A DNA stretch of 64,000 nt from the NCBI RefSeq assembly GCF_001194135.2, contig NC_069004.1, positions 31,536,775 through 31,600,774 on the forward strand, in the 5' to 3' direction. This DNA is from Octopus bimaculoides. Its lineage: Eukaryota. This document shows positions 59,745 to 64,000 of the stretch, piece after piece; position 1 is the stretch's first letter; every line of letters begins with the position of its first letter. Under the pieces are notes generated by a model that was given only the letters and a program-made list of their open reading frames with translations, ran no database searches and was not told where the DNA came from. The position numbers and the translations under genes were made by a program.

Positions 59745-60085
59745 ACACTAACATTATATACATATACACACATCATAACATTACATACACACACACTCAC
59801 CATAATATTATATACACACGACATAACATTACATACACACACACCATAGCATTATATACACACACCATAACATTACATACACACACACCATAGCATTATA
59901 TACACACACCATAACATTATATATACACACATACACACACCATAACATTATATACACACATACACATACCATAACATTATATACACACATACACATACCA
60001 TAACATTATATACACATATACACATACCATAACATTATATACACGCATACACACACCATAACATATACATACATACATACACACA
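59745..60085. repeat. ~23-27-bp minisatellite (CATAACATTATATACACACATACACAC)n
   Basis: Directly visible. Confidence 0.85.
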
Positions 60086-60879
60086 CACGAAGTTCAATGT
60101 TTTCCTAAGCAAACATTTACTGCTGCATATCTCTCGGTTTTAAACAAAGGAATTTTTTTCCGTTCTTATTATCAGAAGACAGAAGAACATCAATCACTGG
60201 AGTTGCAAAGTAACTCTGGAGACTTTCGTTAATTACGTATTTATATATATATCAAACCTCCACCGCACCCCGATAGATTTATATATAAATATATATACAA
60301 CAATCCCGTCCGTCTACACCTCTGCAGCCTGCTGCAGAGCACAGCAGAATAACATCCGGTCAACCTACGTACGTACCACCAGGATGGGATTACGCGTGTG
60401 AGTGTGTGTGCCCGCGAATGTGTGTGTGTGTGTGAATTGTGAGCAAATATGTGTGTGTGTGTGAATTGTGAGCGAATATGTGTGTGTGTATGTGAGAGAA
60501 TGTGTGTGGAAACGAGTGTGTATGAATAGGTGCGAATGCGTGTGGATGTGTGTGCACACGTGTTTGTGTACTAACGTGCATGAATGTGTGTGCGCGCGCG
60601 ACAATGTGTTTGTAAACGTGTGTCACAAATTTGTTTAAATGTGTATGTGAGATTTGTGTGTGTGTGTACACATGTGTTAGTGTGTGTACGTGAAAGTATA
60701 CTTGAAAGAATGTGTATGTGTGTGTTTATGCGCACGTAAGGATGTGCGAGAGTGCACAAGCACGTGTGGTGTTTCGAAATCAATAAAGATACGCTGAACA
60801 AAACGGACTAATCTCTTATCGATCCTACGGTGACTGACCGACTGCCGTCCCCACCATCGTCGTCATCATCATCATACCG

Positions 60880-60975
60880 TAAGAGGCACGTTGGGGGGAG
60901 GGGGGAGCGGAGCGGGGCCGAGAGACGTCGTCACCGATTGGTTGGTCGGGCCCAGGGTGAAAAGGAAGTTGTGAG
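60880..60975. promoter_or_regulatory. GC/CpG-rich promoter-like patch
   Basis: GC-box-like GGGGAGGGGGGAGCGGAGCGGGG, CRE-like GACGTCGTCA, CCAAT (GATTGG) and ETS AGGAAGT within about 90 bp. Confidence 0.45.
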
Positions 60976-61869
60976 CTTTTAGTTAAAGATGACAGAAGGT
61001 AAGAGAGGAAGAGGNNNNNNNNNNNNNNNNNNNNNNNNNNNNNNNNNNNNNNNNNNNNNNNNNNNNNNNNNNNNNNNNNNNNNNNNNNNNNNNNNNNNNN
61101 NNNNNNNNNNNNNNNNNNNNNNNNNNNNNNNNNNNNNNNNNNNNNNNNNNNNNNNNNNNNNNNNNNNNNCAAACTAGAAAAAAATCAAAAAAAAAAAAAA
61201 CTTGGAAGAGAACAAAGGAAAAACATGTTAACGGTTCCATTGCGTTGTCTTAGATACTGTTGAAAAATAATATGAAACAATAGATGAGAATGGCAGGGTT
61301 GGATTGGACGTGGTGAAGCTTCTGAGAAACCTCTAGGGATCCTGGATGATTCATTAGTAGGGGTTGGGTCGAGGAAATGGAGGGATCAGTTCAAAGAGAT
61401 GGTAATTGAAGAGATGAGATCAGTGGGGGGGGGGAGGTGTTTAGTGGTATATAACGCTTGTGATGATGGTGGTGGAGTTGGAAGTGACAGTGGCATCGGT
61501 GGTGGCTAGAGAGGAAATAGAATTGGATATGATGGTGACGGGGAAGACGGTAAGGTTTGTAGTGGTAGTGATGGTAGTGGTTGGGATAACATTCGGAGTG
61601 GTGGTATTGGTGGTAAAGATGGTGATGGTAGTGGTGGTACTGGTGTCCTTAGAGGTGATGGTGCAGCTCTGTGGTTCTCAATCAGGCTCCATATGGCCCC
61701 TGCGGGTCCATAGAAGATATTGTGGTAAGTACCTTGCTTCCCAACCTCATGGTTCTGGGTTCAGTCCCACTGCGTGACACCTTGGGCAAGTGTCTTCTAC
61801 TATAGCCTCAGGCTGACCAAAGCCTTGTGAGTGGATTTAGTAGATGGAAACTGAAAGAAGCTCATCGTA

Positions 61870-61939
<70 letters not shown>

Positions 61940-63711
61940 TTTATGTGTGTGTGTGTTTGTCCCCCCCCCACCAATGCTTCACAACTTATGTTGGTGTGTT
62001 TACGTCCCTGTGACTTAGCAGTTCGGTAAAACAGACTGATAGAATAAGTACTTAAGCTTACAAAGAATAAGTCCTGGGATTGATTTCTTCGACTAAAAAA
62101 AAAAAACACCTTTTAAAGCAGTGCTGTAGCATGGCTGCAGTGAGATGCCTGAAACCTGTAAAAGAATTCTTGTACAGCACACGAGATATTTTAACAATTT
62201 TTGGATCTAATTCCTAATAATCTAAGAATAAAATGGGCTTCTTTAAAACATTGAATGTCTACGGGGGTCCAGCAGAGTAAACCCAGAATCACAGGGAGCA
62301 ACAGGCAAACTGGGGCTGAACATCAACTGTAGGGGATGGTAGGAGTGAAGATAGCGATGGTGAGAATTGCAGTGATTGTAGTAGCAATGGTGACGGTGGA
62401 GATGGTAATGGTTAATGGTAGTGGCGGTGGGAACGGTGGTGGTGGTGGTGATGCAAGAAATGTAGAAAAAAAGAGAAATTAGGTTAGATGGAATAATTGC
62501 CAGAATAATAACGGTTCGTTGGTATGTGATAGAGTGCATGGCTCTGTGAGCATGTGTGTGTGTGTTTATGTGTGTGTATGTATATATATATATATATATA
62601 TATATGGGAGTGTGTGAGGGAGACAGAGAGGTGGGAGAGAGACAGACTGTGTGAGTGCATGTGAGAGAATGGTGTGCATGTGTGGAAGAGTACGTGTGTG
62701 GAAGAGTACATGTGAGGAAGAGTACATGTGAGGAAGAGTACATGTGAGGAAGAGTACATGTGTGCGAGTGTGTGCTTGCATGTGAGAGAATGTGTGAAAG
62801 AGTACGTGTGTGCATGTGTGAGAGTGTGTGTGTGCGTGCACGAGAGAGTGTGTGCATGTATGAGAGAGTGTGTACGAGAATGTGTGCGTGAGTGCGAGAG
62901 TGTGTGCGTGAGTGTGTGTATACTATTTTATATTTTAGTACTATATATATACACACAATGGGTTTCTTTCAGTTTCCATCTACCAAATCCACTCACAAGA
63001 CTCTGGTCAACCGAGGGCTACAGTAAATAAACACTTGCCCAAGGGGTCAAGCAGTAGCATTCAACTGAAAAACCAAGTTGTTGGGAAGCAGACTTTGTAA
63101 CTACATGGCTATGCCTCTGTGTTGACTAAAATCTATAGATATACTCTATAATACAGAGTAGTTTTGAAACAAAACACTTAAGACCCATGTAATTTAGTAA
63201 ATTAAACTAAGCTGCCAGTAATGCGCTATAATATACAAATCAATTCATCCGATTTAATTAAGCTTTTAATAATATCATCATCATCGTCATTTTTATTCAT
63301 CATAGCATGGATTGTAATGATAGTGAGATTATAAACAAGTATAGGATAGTTAAAGAGGGTATTCAGTTGCCGATGAAATCCCAACACACTCAAACTGAAA
63401 CCAGTCAAATGATTCCTCTTTTTCTTTCTCCAAAGATATTGCGTGTAAAAGACAAGGTGTTTACATTTGTCTGCTGCATACAGTGTTGGCTAAAATCTAT
63501 AGCTGTATTCCATAACACATAATATAGCATTGAAAGAAAATATTGTGAAAGCACCATTAAATTTATCAACAGATTTATGATACAGCTGCAGTACTGTGAA
63601 GTGGGGGGGGTAACACAGAAGGAAGTGTGTGTACGGGGTATAATTACTAGGACTATATATATAACAGTAGATATGCAATATAGTGCATAAAGCCGCCGCC
63701 TTTGACACTAC

Positions 63712-63742
<31 letters not shown>

Positions 63743-63826
63743 ATGTATATATATATACATATTTATGACTACATATACACATTGTACGACTATATTATAT
63801 ACATGACAATATATATGTCTATATAT

Positions 63827-63858
<32 letters not shown>

Positions 63859-64000
63859 GAGTGAGGAATGGTTAGAATGACAGAAGTGTGTGTGTGTGAT
63901 TTAGACAGGTGTCATCCTGTCTGGAGGTGTTGCCTGTTTTTCTTCGTAAGACACTAACTAAACAACAGCATTATTATATGATAGAGAGGGGTGAAGGATC

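Overview
This is an AT-rich, microsatellite- and SINE-dense metazoan draft-assembly window with many N gaps. The repeat families look like those of Octopus, which is inferred from recognition of the repeats and not proven here. Two minus-strand, intron-rich genes can be built exon by exon with consistent splice phases. The first is Aquarius (AQR, spliceosomal SF1/Upf1-like RNA helicase): 33 coding exons from the ATG at 31353 down to 890, two exons cut by gaps, and the 3' end lying beyond the start of the window. The second, upstream of AQR, is a 5-exon gene (46209 to 36946) for a DUF4062-like domain of the TEP1/NWD/TTC41 type. It uses a GC-AG intron, has a strong-context uORF, and its 3' end cannot be found. 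The rest of the window is SINEs, RTE/R4/CR1-type LINE scraps, mariner, maT and piggyBac relics, MITEs and mini/microsatellites. Nearly all other ORFs in the supplied track are read-throughs of repeats. The most interesting non-coding signals are two copies of a ~145-bp element carrying a minimal hammerhead ribozyme (one in sense orientation in the probable first AQR intron), a Merlin-like MITE with a perfect 8-bp TSD, and a tRNA-like element bracketed by 62-bp direct repeats.
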